From: a virus
Taxonomy: Duplodnaviria > Caudoviricetes
Reading direction: 5' to 3' (one strand)
Length of the DNA stretch: 44,295 bases
IMG/VR virus record: IMGVR_UViG_3300033067_002050
Span: 1 to 44,295 of that record
Below, one piece after another: positions 1 to 9,502 of the stretch. Position 1 is the stretch's first letter, and the number at the start of each line of letters is the position of its first letter. A program made the translations under genes and the position numbers. The notes beneath the pieces were generated by a model, which had not been told where the DNA came from, ran no database searches, and worked only from the letters and a program-made list of their open reading frames with translations.

Positions 1-1
1 T

Positions 2-769
2 GTCTTTGGTGATGAAGAAGCTCTTGTGAGAATCGATATGAGTGAATATATGGAAAAATTCAGCGTTAGTCGATTGGTTGGTGCACCTCCGGGATATGTT
101 GGTTATGACCAAGGTGGACAACTTACTGAGAAAATCAGAAGAAAACCATATGCTGTTATTCTTTTCGATGAAATTGAAAAAGCACATGAGGATGTATTTA
201 ATATCCTACTTCAAGTATTGGACGAGGGACAACTCACGGATGGTATGGGAAGAAGAGTAAATTTTAAAAACACCCTGATTGTAATGACATCAAATATCGG
301 AGTAAGCGAACTTAAGAACTTTGGTAAGAGCATGGGGTTTGAAACCGCTGCAACAATTGCAAACGAAGAAGAAAAAAATCATGCAATTATTGAAAAGGCA
401 CTTAAGAAAAAATTCAAACCAGAATTCTTAAATCGTATTGATGAATCAATCATTTTCAATAGTTTAAAGCCAGCCGATATCAATAAGATTATCTACAAAG
501 AAATCGAAAAACTTGAAAACAGACTTAATGAGGTTGGCTATAAAATTAAAATAACCGAAGAGGTTATCGACTTTTTGGCTAAACAAGGTTATGATGAAGC
601 TTATGGCGCAAGGCCTTTGACCAGAACCATACAGCGTTATATTGAAGACCCAGTTTCTGATGAAATCCTTAGCGGAAATATCAAGGATGGGGGTACAATT
701 AAAATAGCCCTAGATAAGGAAAAACAGGAACTAATCATTAAAACGACAAAGTCCAAATCCGATGAATAA
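2..769 (+). CDS. ClpB/ClpC-family AAA+ chaperone, C-terminal part (5'-truncated by window)
   Basis: RIDMSEY, SRLVGAPPGYVGY, LFDEIEKAH, GARPL motifs of the second Clp ATPase domain; frame is open from position 2. Confidence 0.95.
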   Translation, partial: VFGDEEALVRIDMSEYMEKFSVSRLVGAPPGYVGYDQGGQLTEKIRRKPYAVILFDEIEKAHEDVFNILLQVLDEGQLTDGMGRRVNFKNTLIVMTSNIGVSELKNFGKSMGFETAATIANEEEKNHAIIEKALKKKFKPEFLNRIDESIIFNSLKPADINKIIYKEIEKLENRLNEVGYKIKITEEVIDFLAKQGYDEAYGARPLTRTIQRYIEDPVSDEILSGNIKDGGTIKIALDKEKQELIIKTTKSKSDE

Positions 770-775
770 TCAAAT

Positions 776-799
776 AAAACCCACTTTTTTGTGGGTTTT
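776..799. terminator. Rho-independent terminator-like hairpin
   Basis: AAAACCCA-N8-TGGGTTTT just after the clp stop. Confidence 0.6.
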
Positions 800-815
800 A
801 TTATATTTATGATAT

Positions 816-1217
816 ATGAAAGCCGTTATCAAAAGATTGTTAAACGAGGGATTATTTGATAAAACATCAAAGAAACAAATAGCATTATTGGATGAATTTG
901 TTGATTTTGCTTGTGATTTTTTAAAACTAGACAAACCAACAATCAAACTACAGTTTAACCACGATGGATTGGTTACCACCGCAGCCTATGGTGGTAACAA
1001 AGTATTTGTATATGCAAAGGAAAGAGCCCTAGTTGATATCATGAGGTCAATAGCTCATGAGCTTACCCATATGAAACAAGATTCTGACGGTAGACTTGAA
1101 CAAACTGAACATGAAAAGAATAATGCCGCTGGGTCTCCAGTAGAGAATGAAGCCAATTCAAAGGCTGGTATTATGATAAGAAAATTTGGCGAACAACACC
1201 CAGAGATATACCCATGA
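816..1217 (+). CDS. Hypothetical protein with HExxH zinc-metallopeptidase-like motif
   Basis: SIAHELTH plus downstream ENEAN; ATATTTAT motif at 803-810. Confidence 0.7.
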   Translation: MKAVIKRLLNEGLFDKTSKKQIALLDEFVDFACDFLKLDKPTIKLQFNHDGLVTTAAYGGNKVFVYAKERALVDIMRSIAHELTHMKQDSDGRLEQTEHEKNNAAGSPVENEANSKAGIMIRKFGEQHPEIYP

Positions 1218-1786
1218 CAAGAAATGACTACTTAAAAAGAGCTATTGAATTGGTTAACGGTGGCTCAATACAAGGCTTTAGCGCAGAACCAATGAAACAA
1301 GCAGCCAATACAAACGTAGAAAAATTTAAAGAGTATTTACAAAATATTTCTGAGCAAGCATATGACCCAGATGCATATGGAATCACCATAAAAACATATG
1401 GACAAGAATTAACCAATATTGCAATGGCTCTTTTTCCTGAAAATAAAGAACGACAAAACAACTTAAAGATAAACGTAACAGAAGAAAAAATAAAAGGCGG
1501 AATGGCTGATGATATAACACTTGAAGATATCGCTAAAAAATTTAACGTTACGGTTACATCGTTAAAGAAACAATTAAAAATGGGTGTTGAAGTCGAACTG
1601 GAACACACTAAAAATAGAAGCACCGCTAAAGATATCGCCATGGACCATCTTACCGAAATGCCTGATTATTATACCAGACTCGATAAAATGGAAACACAAG
1701 CTACAAAGTATTGGGACAAGAAAGAAATAAAAGAAACTAAATTTATTGTTAAACAACTTTTAAGAGAAGGTCTTGGTGTAATATAA
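1214..1786 (+). CDS. DUF5661-like phage protein
   Basis: GVEVELEHT...IAMDHLTEMPDYYTRL motif; ATGA overlap with the previous gene. Confidence 0.7.
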   Translation: MTRNDYLKRAIELVNGGSIQGFSAEPMKQAANTNVEKFKEYLQNISEQAYDPDAYGITIKTYGQELTNIAMALFPENKERQNNLKINVTEEKIKGGMADDITLEDIAKKFNVTVTSLKKQLKMGVEVELEHTKNRSTAKDIAMDHLTEMPDYYTRLDKMETQATKYWDKKEIKETKFIVKQLLREGLGVI

Positions 1787-1793
1787 CGGACCT

Positions 1794-1958
1794 TTATCGG
1801 ACATGTCCAATATATTCATGGCTAAAACAAATTCTCTTATTATCTACGAAATGATTATTGTATATTTTCTTGTGCTTAACGTCAAGACGTAATTTCTTAT
1901 TTTTATGTGTTGGCCTCCAAAGTGGAGAATTTTCACGATAAAAACCCATTCGTGGATG
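1794..1958 (-). pseudogene. Orphan duplicate C-terminus of the GNAT gene
   Basis: Translates HPRMGFYRENSPLWRPTHKNKKLRLDVKHKKIYNNHFVDNKRICFSHEYIGHVR*; 36/51 residues identical to the C-terminus of 2690..3223. Confidence 0.92.
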
Positions 1959-1999
1959 CTTTTACTATTTTTAGACATATTTATTAATAAACTACGAAT

Positions 2000-2716
2000 A
2001 TGTCAAAAACATTAACTACAGAACAATTCATTGAAAAAGCTAATAAAATCCATAATAACAAATATGATTATTCAAAAACTAAATTTGTTAACAGCAAAAC
2101 TAAAGTTACAATTATTTGCCCAATACATGGCGAATTTGAACAGTTTCATGGTAAACATTTATCTAAAAAGGGATGTACAAAATGTGGGTTTATATCAAGA
2201 TGTAACATGGCCAGAAGTAATTCACACGATTTTATAATCAAAGCAATAAAAATTCATGGTGAGAAATATAAATACGATAGGGTTGTTTATACAGGTAAAG
2301 AAAACAAAGTAACAATTATTTGCGAAAAACATGGATACTTTAATCAAACACCACATAACCATTTAGCCGGTAATGGTTGTCCACATTGTAAAGAATCAAA
2401 GGGTGAGCGTGAAATAAGACAATTTTTATTTGAAAAAAATATTAAATTTACTCCACAAAAAAGATTTAAAGATTGTCGACATATATTACCACTACCATTT
2501 GATTTTTATCTTCCAGAACATAATATATGTATTGAATATCATGGTATACAACATTACAAACCAAGAAGTAAATTTGGTGGTGAAAAAGAGTTTAAACAAC
2601 TTATATTAAGAGATAAAATAAAGATGGAATATTGTATAGAAAATAATATAACACTTAAAATTATAAAATATAATGATAATCTATTACAATTACTTGAATC
2701 CTACATACTCAAATGA
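2000..2716 (+). CDS. Putative homing endonuclease (two Zn-ribbon repeats plus DUF559/PD-(D/E)XK-like nuclease)
   Basis: Repeats YDYSK..VTIICPIHGEF..GCxxC; C-terminal PFDFYLP..CIEYHGIQHY..RDKIK. Confidence 0.85.
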   Translation: MSKTLTTEQFIEKANKIHNNKYDYSKTKFVNSKTKVTIICPIHGEFEQFHGKHLSKKGCTKCGFISRCNMARSNSHDFIIKAIKIHGEKYKYDRVVYTGKENKVTIICEKHGYFNQTPHNHLAGNGCPHCKESKGEREIRQFLFEKNIKFTPQKRFKDCRHILPLPFDFYLPEHNICIEYHGIQHYKPRSKFGGEKEFKQLILRDKIKMEYCIENNITLKIIKYNDNLLQLLESYILK

Positions 2717-3169
2717 ACCGCACACTCGTTTATTATCAGCGTAGAAGTTATTATAAATTTTTTTATGCGTTATATCCTTTCTAAGTTTTTTATGTTTACT
2801 GGTTGGGCGCCATAATTGAGAATTCTCTCTATACCAAATCATTCGTGGATGTGCAGTTCTTGAAAAATAACGCAACCCTTGGTCAATATGATGTTGCGCA
2901 ATCGCATCCGAAAATCTAACACCTATACCCATACCTTGAAAATCGGGTAACACAACAGTTCGATGACCTCTCCATGCATCAGACACATATGGATTTGGCT
3001 GACGTAGACTAGCACCAAAAGCTACCACCTCACCATCCCAAACCCCAACATAACATCTGGCGGTTTTATTTACACCACCATCTAAATAGTGATGGCTTTT
3101 AAACATGGGCCATATATGATAGCTCGCTCTATAAATCTCAATGTTGATTTTCGGACGGACAAAAAAAAA
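2690..3169 (-). CDS. GNAT-type acetyltransferase domain, probably fused to the upstream ATPase by a -1 shift
   Basis: HHYL, RTVVLPDFQGMGIG acetyl-CoA-binding motif; no convincing start of its own; joins the upstream frame at the T9 run 3161-3169. Confidence 0.8.
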   Translation of the reverse strand, partial: FFFVRPKINIEIYRASYHIWPMFKSHHYLDGGVNKTARCYVGVWDGEVVAFGASLRQPNPYVSDAWRGHRTVVLPDFQGMGIGVRFSDAIAQHHIDQGLRYFSRTAHPRMIWYRENSQLWRPTSKHKKLRKDITHKKIYNNFYADNKRVCGSFEYVGFK

Positions 3170-3777
3170 CCAGAATGTAATTCTCCAGCATCTGTGTCGA
3201 TAACCCAATCGGGTTCCAACCAATCCAATATATCACGATGGCATGTAGACAAAATAATATTACTAATATCATTATTCTTAATGTATCTTGATAACGATAC
3301 CGACGCAGCTTTTGCAACAGTTCTGTCAACAACAGAAGTATATTCATCTATAATTGAATTTGATTTTAATTTTCTTGAAAGGTCAGCCCTGAATTTTTCA
3401 CCATTGGAAAGCACATGATATGGTTTATACCATGTAGGAATAGAGTTCAACCCAACAGCACCTAATTTATTGATTGCCTCATCAGTAGAATCAAAATGCG
3501 AAAGAATTGATTTATCTGGATTCCAATCTGGTTTTTCTTCTACACCAAATTGATTAAGCAAGGTTGATTTCCCAGAACCGCTAGACCCAACAATAACACC
3601 AATTTTAAAACGTTCGGGAATTTTTGACGGCTTCACCCATGGATAAAATTTAGATGTTCCATCAAACATACAGTCAAAGGCTATTTCACTAGCTTTGATA
3701 AAATCATCAGATTCTACATTACATATCAGTGGGTGGTCAGCTCTAACCAAAGTCTCTATTACTCTTTCCATGGCCAA
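3082..3777 (-). CDS. ABC-type ATPase domain
   Basis: Walker A GSSGSGKST, signature LSNGE, Walker B IIDEY, switch His (STCH). Confidence 0.9.
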   Translation of the reverse strand: MAMERVIETLVRADHPLICNVESDDFIKASEIAFDCMFDGTSKFYPWVKPSKIPERFKIGVIVGSSGSGKSTLLNQFGVEEKPDWNPDKSILSHFDSTDEAINKLGAVGLNSIPTWYKPYHVLSNGEKFRADLSRKLKSNSIIDEYTSVVDRTVAKAASVSLSRYIKNNDISNIILSTCHRDILDWLEPDWVIDTDAGELHSGFFLSVRKSTLRFIERAIIYGPCLKAITI

Positions 3778-3882
3778 AAGATAAATAAATTATATCCGAT
3801 GTAAAGCTTAGGTTATATAAATAGAAGAGCTAGGAAGTATAAAAATACCCCCTAGCTTCTTTATTTTTTGTTTTAAGTTTGA

Positions 3883-4089
3883 TTACTTACCCTTACCTAA
3901 GTTGGCCAATTTAGCTTCTAAATTGCTCAATCTAGTCTCTAAAATTGCTGTTTTATCACCCTTGGAAGCTTGTTCAGCTAACCATTCTTTTTTCTTAATT
4001 TCAACAGCTTCGGTGACAATCTTATCTATTAGATTTACCAATTCGGTTTCTTTGATTCTAACAGCTTTTGTGGTTTTTGACATATGCAT
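3883..4089 (-). CDS. Hypothetical small coiled-coil protein
   Basis: ORF with upstream ATATTTAT motif and downstream hairpin at about 3826-3860. Confidence 0.7.
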   Translation of the reverse strand: MHMSKTTKAVRIKETELVNLIDKIVTEAVEIKKKEWLAEQASKGDKTAILETRLSNLEAKLANLGKGK

Positions 4090-4166
4090 GAGTTTTTATA
4101 AAGATTCTTTATCTCTTAATAAATATGTATTAATTTAAAAAAAGATAAAGAATCAGAATTTTTTTC

Positions 4167-4679
4167 TCATTTGGCATATTTATCTCCACCATAACTAGCC
4201 GCCCAAGCGTCAGGTTTTATCTTGAACTCGTAACCCATACCAAGAATATAACCAACCGCTTCGCTCATAGCCTTGTTAGATTCCCATCTTGGGTCTGAGT
4301 TGATGTCAGCGTGGATTTCCATTTTGATACCGTATTGTTCCAAAATTGGTGCTATTTCATATGCTGTTTCGATAGATTTACCAACCTCAGTAATCATTCT
4401 CTCGTTAACCCCTTCCTTGTTCATTTTATAAACCTTCATTTGATATGTGGACTCGATTATCTTTCCACCTCTACCAACCAACACACCACCACCAAGGTTT
4501 TCCTTTACGGTTATCAAAATAACGGTAGCAAACTTATATTGAAACTTACCACTCTTTTGTGAGTCTGTTCCAACAGAAATTCTCCATTCATGGTTAGGCA
4601 ATTTTTCAGCCTTAATCAAGTTTTCCAAATACTCACTAATTGAGCCTTCGATTTTTTTTCCCGCTCTTCTCCAGTTCAT
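4167..4679 (-). CDS. RNase H-like YkuK (DUF458) family protein
   Basis: VGTDSQ, EVGKSIE, EIHADIN, KPDAWAAS motifs. Confidence 0.85.
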   Translation of the reverse strand: MNWRRAGKKIEGSISEYLENLIKAEKLPNHEWRISVGTDSQKSGKFQYKFATVILITVKENLGGGVLVGRGGKIIESTYQMKVYKMNKEGVNERMITEVGKSIETAYEIAPILEQYGIKMEIHADINSDPRWESNKAMSEAVGYILGMGYEFKIKPDAWAASYGGDKYAK

Positions 4680-4739
4680 AATACTAAATTTTAATCATTG
4701 TTATAAAAAAAAGCCTCCATTTGGGAGACTTTCACTATC

Positions 4740-6143
4740 TTAAAAATTAGTTGTAGGTAACAACTCTTTTAATTTTCGATAATTTTTTTCTCCGATATCC
4801 TTCTTATCCACCGCTAAATGAAATAGCGACCCACCATTTGATTTATCCAAATATTTAATTTCAGTAGGTATCTCCGTTAACGGATTCCCCATTAAATTTA
4901 AAAACGTTAACCCCTTAAGGTTTCCAATCTCTGAGGGTAATGATTTAATCCTATTTTTTGCCAATACCAACATTTCAAGCTTTGACAAGCTACCAATAGA
5001 GGGATGAAGCTCAACCATATTAGCACCAGTAATGATTAACTGGTCCAATAATTTGAACTTACTAATATCCGGCAACTTTGGTATTTCTCTACTCATAAAC
5101 CTAATTATTGGTGTATTAACATCAATTAATTCAAACAGACTCTCACAAAAACCAAATTTGATTAGAAAATCCAAATATTTGTTATTGTCTAACCCTGTTT
5201 TACATTGCTTAGCCATTCCAATTAACTCTTCATGGAAGAAATTGGAAAGACTTTCACTTTCACTAATAACGTTTTCAAAAATACTTACATTTTGAGAGTT
5301 ATGTCTGTCTTTAATTTGATTGGTCTCAAAATGTATTTGGTAAATCTCACTTGATTCACCTTTGAAAAACAAATTATTTATTATAATATAAATATCTGAC
5401 TTCCTACCATCAGGCTTACGATTATTGGTCGTATAAGAAGCAAACATTCCATTATCAACTTTAGCCGTACACCAGTTGGCATAATTATCAAAAATAACAT
5501 TAGCATCCCTCGTTTTGGGAATAAATAATGTGAATTTTCTATCACTAACCGGTATCATCGCTTGCCCAGCATCAACATAACGCATAAGCAAACGCTCTAA
5601 TTCACTTGGGTTCTTCTCAATAAATGGGTCAACAGCATCAAATAACTGAGATAATGACTTATACTGATTAATGTCAGTTGGGTCAGACATCCCCTTTAAT
5701 AAATACGACGAAGAACAAAGTTCTTTAAATCTCTTTTTTCCCTTGTTAGCCTCAAACAAACTAAGATAAATACCAGCCTGTGGTAAATCCTCACTAACAA
5801 AACGAATGGCCAAATTCATTGACTTAACACCTTCCCTGATAAACCTAGTAAAAACATTAAGCATCCACTGGACACATGATTTATTAGGTGTCGGGTCAGC
5901 AGAAATCATTTCTGAAAACACATCGAAAGAAACACTAATATGTTTCTTTATCCGCTCATTTTCACTGTTTTCCTTTATTGATAGAATTGCTAATACTTTC
6001 CCTTGATGTTCAATCAATTGGGTCTTATAACCAGCATCCTCAAGCTCTTTTAACTTGGCAACAATATTAATCCCATCATATTCGAAAACATCAAATTTGG
6101 CGGCTAAAAACGCAATTCTTCGACCTATTTTTGTTTCAATCAT
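4740..6143 (-). CDS. Leucine-rich-repeat protein with N-terminal WCT-motif domain
   Basis: C-terminal LRRs (LPSEIGNLKGLTFLNLMGNPLTEIP); DINQYKSL and ANWCTA motifs; Bacteroidota-type promoter at about 6167-6198. Confidence 0.8.
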   Translation of the reverse strand: MIETKIGRRIAFLAAKFDVFEYDGINIVAKLKELEDAGYKTQLIEHQGKVLAILSIKENSENERIKKHISVSFDVFSEMISADPTPNKSCVQWMLNVFTRFIREGVKSMNLAIRFVSEDLPQAGIYLSLFEANKGKKRFKELCSSSYLLKGMSDPTDINQYKSLSQLFDAVDPFIEKNPSELERLLMRYVDAGQAMIPVSDRKFTLFIPKTRDANVIFDNYANWCTAKVDNGMFASYTTNNRKPDGRKSDIYIIINNLFFKGESSEIYQIHFETNQIKDRHNSQNVSIFENVISESESLSNFFHEELIGMAKQCKTGLDNNKYLDFLIKFGFCESLFELIDVNTPIIRFMSREIPKLPDISKFKLLDQLIITGANMVELHPSIGSLSKLEMLVLAKNRIKSLPSEIGNLKGLTFLNLMGNPLTEIPTEIKYLDKSNGGSLFHLAVDKKDIGEKNYRKLKELLPTTNF

Positions 6144-6199
6144 AGACTAATTAACCCAATTTAGGACAAATATACTAAACAATATCTTAAAGTCCAAAT

Positions 6200-6544
6200 T
6201 TATTTATAGAATCTTTTGAAGAAGTCCTCATCGGCATACTCCTCAACTCTTCTTTTTAACACCCAAACCAGCCCACTTAATTCATCGTTTTTATACCTTG
6301 ATATGATATCCAGCATAACCAAATTCGGGTTTTCACCATCAGTAAACCTATATTTGATTTCTTGAAAATATTTCCCATCATCCACATTAAATAATTCTCT
6401 GATTATTAAATTATACACTTCCCATCTCGTACTATCCTCTTCATCGCTTAATGTTACTACATCTTTTATTAACTTTCTATACTCCTTATCTAATAAAGTA
6501 CTCTTTCCTGAACCTTTTTTTAGAATGAAATCAAATAGTTCCAT
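6200..6544 (-). CDS. Hypothetical protein, paralog of 6620..6943
   Basis: Shared W..YN....EL / E..Y..TD...PN.V..D.I pattern. Confidence 0.75.
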   Translation of the reverse strand: MELFDFILKKGSGKSTLLDKEYRKLIKDVVTLSDEEDSTRWEVYNLIIRELFNVDDGKYFQEIKYRFTDGENPNLVMLDIISRYKNDELSGLVWVLKRRVEEYADEDFFKRFYK

Positions 6545-6619
6545 AATACAGTTTTTAATTTATGTTATCATATACATAAATATCTTAAAACCGGCAATTG
6601 GATTGATGGATAAGTTAAA

Positions 6620-6943
6620 TTATCTAAAGTTTCTAATCTTATAATAAAGACGTTCAAGCTCTGGAGAAAATTGCTTTACTTCGTGTATAACATCGATACA
6701 CACCTGATTTGGGTCCGTGTTATCGGTCAATTTATATTGGAGTTCCTTGACCCTTAAATTATCCTTGATTGAATTTTTTAACTCTAATACTACTTGGTTA
6801 TATGTTGCCCAAGCCTTTCTATCCTTAACATTCTTACTTGTTAATTGCTGTGTAATCTTGTTCTCATAAACATGCTCTAAATGCGTTCTAAACTCGCCAT
6901 ATTGTTCTCTTAACACTTGCCTTATCTTGCTCCTCAGGTCCAT
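6620..6943 (-). CDS. Hypothetical protein, paralog of 6200..6544
   Basis: Same shared pattern; N-terminal KIRQVLREQ motif. Confidence 0.75.
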   Translation of the reverse strand: MDLRSKIRQVLREQYGEFRTHLEHVYENKITQQLTSKNVKDRKAWATYNQVVLELKNSIKDNLRVKELQYKLTDNTDPNQVCIDVIHEVKQFSPELERLYYKIRNFR

Positions 6944-6949
6944 ACAACA

Positions 6950-7288
6950 TTATTTAATAGGCACATTTTTTGATAACATATTACCCTTAAGTGTACCGAA
7001 CATCCAGTCTCTGATTACTTGCTTCGTAAACTCCTCACCTAATTCATATTTCTTTCTGAAATATTCATAAACCTGTCTTGGAGTAGTCTCAGTTTCATCG
7101 GCCTTTATCTTAATCATCGGCTCTTCAAAATATTCACCATCTTCACGCATAATACCCAACATTGGCTCGTAATTGGTATTTAAATCCGTAACCAACTTCT
7201 CTACCAATGATTCGTAAAATTTGTTCTCATTTATGCTTTTTTGCAAGACATTTAACTGTCTTTCCGTTATGATTAGTTTTACACCCAT
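6950..7288 (-). CDS. Hypothetical protein
   Basis: Likely start 7288 (MGVKLIITERQL), directly after ATATTTAT at 7294-7301. Confidence 0.7.
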   Translation of the reverse strand: MGVKLIITERQLNVLQKSINENKFYESLVEKLVTDLNTNYEPMLGIMREDGEYFEEPMIKIKADETETTPRQVYEYFRKKYELGEEFTKQVIRDWMFGTLKGNMLSKNVPIK

Positions 7289-7343
7289 ATCACATAAATA
7301 TCTTCTAGATAACAAAAAAGGCCGTTTTCACAGCCTTTTTTTA

Positions 7344-7655
7344 TCATTTGTTCTCGCTAATCTTAGCCTGAAGAACCTTCTTTGGTACAGCTCCTATTAC
7401 CTTATCCACAACCTCACCGTTTTTTATAAAAATAAAACTTGGGAGACCGCTAACCATATACTCAATGGCTGCTTTTGGATTATCACTAACATCCACCTTC
7501 CCAATAATAACATCAGGGTTTGTTTCCGCTAATTCATCAATAACAGGTGCCATCATCTTACATGGGCCACACCAAGCTGCCCAAAAATCAATCATAACAA
7601 GCTTATCTTGTTGTAATACGTCACCAATAGTTTGGTCTGTAATTTCTAATGCCAT
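7344..7655 (-). CDS. trxA: Thioredoxin
   Basis: DFWAAWCGPCK active site. Confidence 0.97.
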   Translation of the reverse strand: MALEITDQTIGDVLQQDKLVMIDFWAAWCGPCKMMAPVIDELAETNPDVIIGKVDVSDNPKAAIEYMVSGLPSFIFIKNGEVVDKVIGAVPKKVLQAKISENK

Positions 7656-7685
7656 AATTTAAATGTGTTTTATTTTAATAAATAT

Positions 7686-7994
7686 TCAATTAAATGAATT
7701 TGAATAATATTCGTTTATTAGCCTTACCGGCTCCTCAAAAGTCTCCCACTTCTCCTCAATAAAATACCTTATGATATATTCATTGATAATCGAACCATTC
7801 AACCCATACAATAACCTCAAATATTCATATAATTCAGAAACTATTGATGTTTCACGTTTGTCAAGAACACCTAATAAAAACGAAGATTTAAGCCCCTGAC
7901 AAAACGTTGAATATGACATATAAAATGTCTTTGACTTAAGCTCAAGCGTCTTTTCACAAATTGAATAATAAATATAGTTATCAAACTTGGTCAT
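7686..7994 (-). CDS. Hypothetical protein
   Basis: 102-aa ORF filling the gap between genes. Confidence 0.55.
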   Translation of the reverse strand: MTKFDNYIYYSICEKTLELKSKTFYMSYSTFCQGLKSSFLLGVLDKRETSIVSELYEYLRLLYGLNGSIINEYIIRYFIEEKWETFEEPVRLINEYYSNSFN

Positions 7995-8021
7995 TTTAAG
8001 CGTAACAAATATTTATATGTA

Positions 8022-8258
8022 ATGTTGTTAGAAGAATTAATGATAAAATTTCTTAAACGTAACTACCCAACCCACAGAATCAAAGATGCTAATCGATTCA
8101 AACGTGGTATTGTACTAGATGACGGAATCTATTTTCTTAGCGATAAAGAGAAGTTTAATGAACTCTATTTTAAAATGCTAAAGGTTCTGGAAATCGTTTT
8201 TTCCACCGATAAATCCGTCAACGAGAGCGTTTTAAACGTCTTTTTACACCTGAAATAG
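8022..8258 (+). CDS. Hypothetical protein
   Basis: 78-aa ORF. Confidence 0.6.
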   Translation: MLLEELMIKFLKRNYPTHRIKDANRFKRGIVLDDGIYFLSDKEKFNELYFKMLKVLEIVFSTDKSVNESVLNVFLHLK

Positions 8259-8373
8259 CCACTATAATATAGCTTTTGAAGGTTAGAAAAATAGGACCCA
8301 AACCCAATAAATAAATAAAGCTTGGATGACCATCCCCACAAAACCCAAAAAAGTGTTTAATAGCCTCTATCAT
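8218..8373 (-). CDS. Small hypothetical membrane protein (not in ORF track)
   Basis: MIEAIKHFFGFCGDGHPSFIYLLGLGPIF..., 51 aa; TATATTTG promoter at about 8390. Confidence 0.55.
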   Translation of the reverse strand: MIEAIKHFFGFCGDGHPSFIYLLGLGPIFLTFKSYIIVAISGVKRRLKRSR

Positions 8374-8489
8374 ATTTGTAACTTTGATGCAAATATACTA
8401 AAATTTATCCAAAAAACAAATTTTTGTTTGACATTTTTATCAATTTATCGCCATTGACAAAACTAAAAAATTAGAGTATATTTAATAAT

Positions 8490-8981
8490 ATGGCGAATTA
8501 TAATTTTGAAACAGATATTCTGATTGGTGAAAACGGTGAACAAGTTATTATTGACGACCTTATCTCCATGGGCGGTACATTTGACTCCAACAATAAAACC
8601 AACTCACATGATATAATCATGATATACGACGGTAAGCCTATTAGCTACGAATGTAAGACAGATGTGTTTGATGACACTGGTAACATGTTCATTGAAACCA
8701 AATGCCGAGGAAAGGCCTCTGGTGTCTCTGTAACAAAGGCTAAGTGGTTTGTAACATATTTCAAAAAACTGAATGAAATCTGGTATATCAAAACATCTAA
8801 GCTAAAAACCATTCTTAAAAATAATGAACATAAAATAGCAACCAAATGCGGTGACCTAAATAGCGGAACCGAAGGTTACCTAATAAATAAAAATATGTTC
8901 CGGGATAAATTCATCGTTAGAGATTCAATCAGACATAAAGAGATTATACCAAAATGGCAAAAAAAGAGAAAATCAAATTAA
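8490..8981 (+). CDS. PD-(D/E)XK-family nuclease-like protein
   Basis: HDII...YECKTD...TGNMFIE motif. Confidence 0.65.
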   Translation: MANYNFETDILIGENGEQVIIDDLISMGGTFDSNNKTNSHDIIMIYDGKPISYECKTDVFDDTGNMFIETKCRGKASGVSVTKAKWFVTYFKKLNEIWYIKTSKLKTILKNNEHKIATKCGDLNSGTEGYLINKNMFRDKFIVRDSIRHKEIIPKWQKKRKSN

Positions 8982-9502
8982 GCATCGAACTTGTCCCTAA
9001 AACTTGTCACTACTCTAACGTAAGAACCACACTAAAACCAAAAGAATGGGATACCATACGATTTATTTCATATCAATTGGCAGATAATAAATGTGAAATT
9101 TGTGGACAAACAGGATTAGAACAAGGCTATGGACATAGAGTTGAATGTCACGAAATCTGGGAATATAACGATAAAAAATTCATTCAAAAATTAATTGGTG
9201 TTATTTCTCTTTGCCCACTATGCCACCAAGTTAAACATATTGGAAGAGCCAATGCAATGGGTAAACAAGCAGACGTTTTTAAACAACTTGAAACCGTTAA
9301 TAACTGGAACCATAAACAAGTAGTAGAACACGTGGCCGAATCATTTGAGACCTATTATGAACGTTCAAAACATGAATGGTTGCTTGATATATCTATATTA
9401 AAAAAACCTCCTTTTAATCTTGAGATTAACCCAATTATCAAAAGGAAGTTTAAAGGTAAATATAAACGAAAACGTCGTAAAAGAAAAACAACTAGAGCTT
9501 AA
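8954..9502 (+). CDS. HNH-type nuclease
   Basis: CEICG...ECHEIW...LCPLCHQVKH. Confidence 0.75.
   Translation: MAKKEKIKLSIELVPKTCHYSNVRTTLKPKEWDTIRFISYQLADNKCEICGQTGLEQGYGHRVECHEIWEYNDKKFIQKLIGVISLCPLCHQVKHIGRANAMGKQADVFKQLETVNNWNHKQVVEHVAESFETYYERSKHEWLLDISILKKPPFNLEINPIIKRKFKGKYKRKRRKRKTTRA

Noticed and set aside
1-769. Bacterial chromosome origin suggested by clp, trxA and DHFR
   Set aside because: The context (PseT, RNA ligase, YopX, Gp88-like protein, homing endonucleases, dense orphan genes, no housekeeping operons) indicates a large phage.
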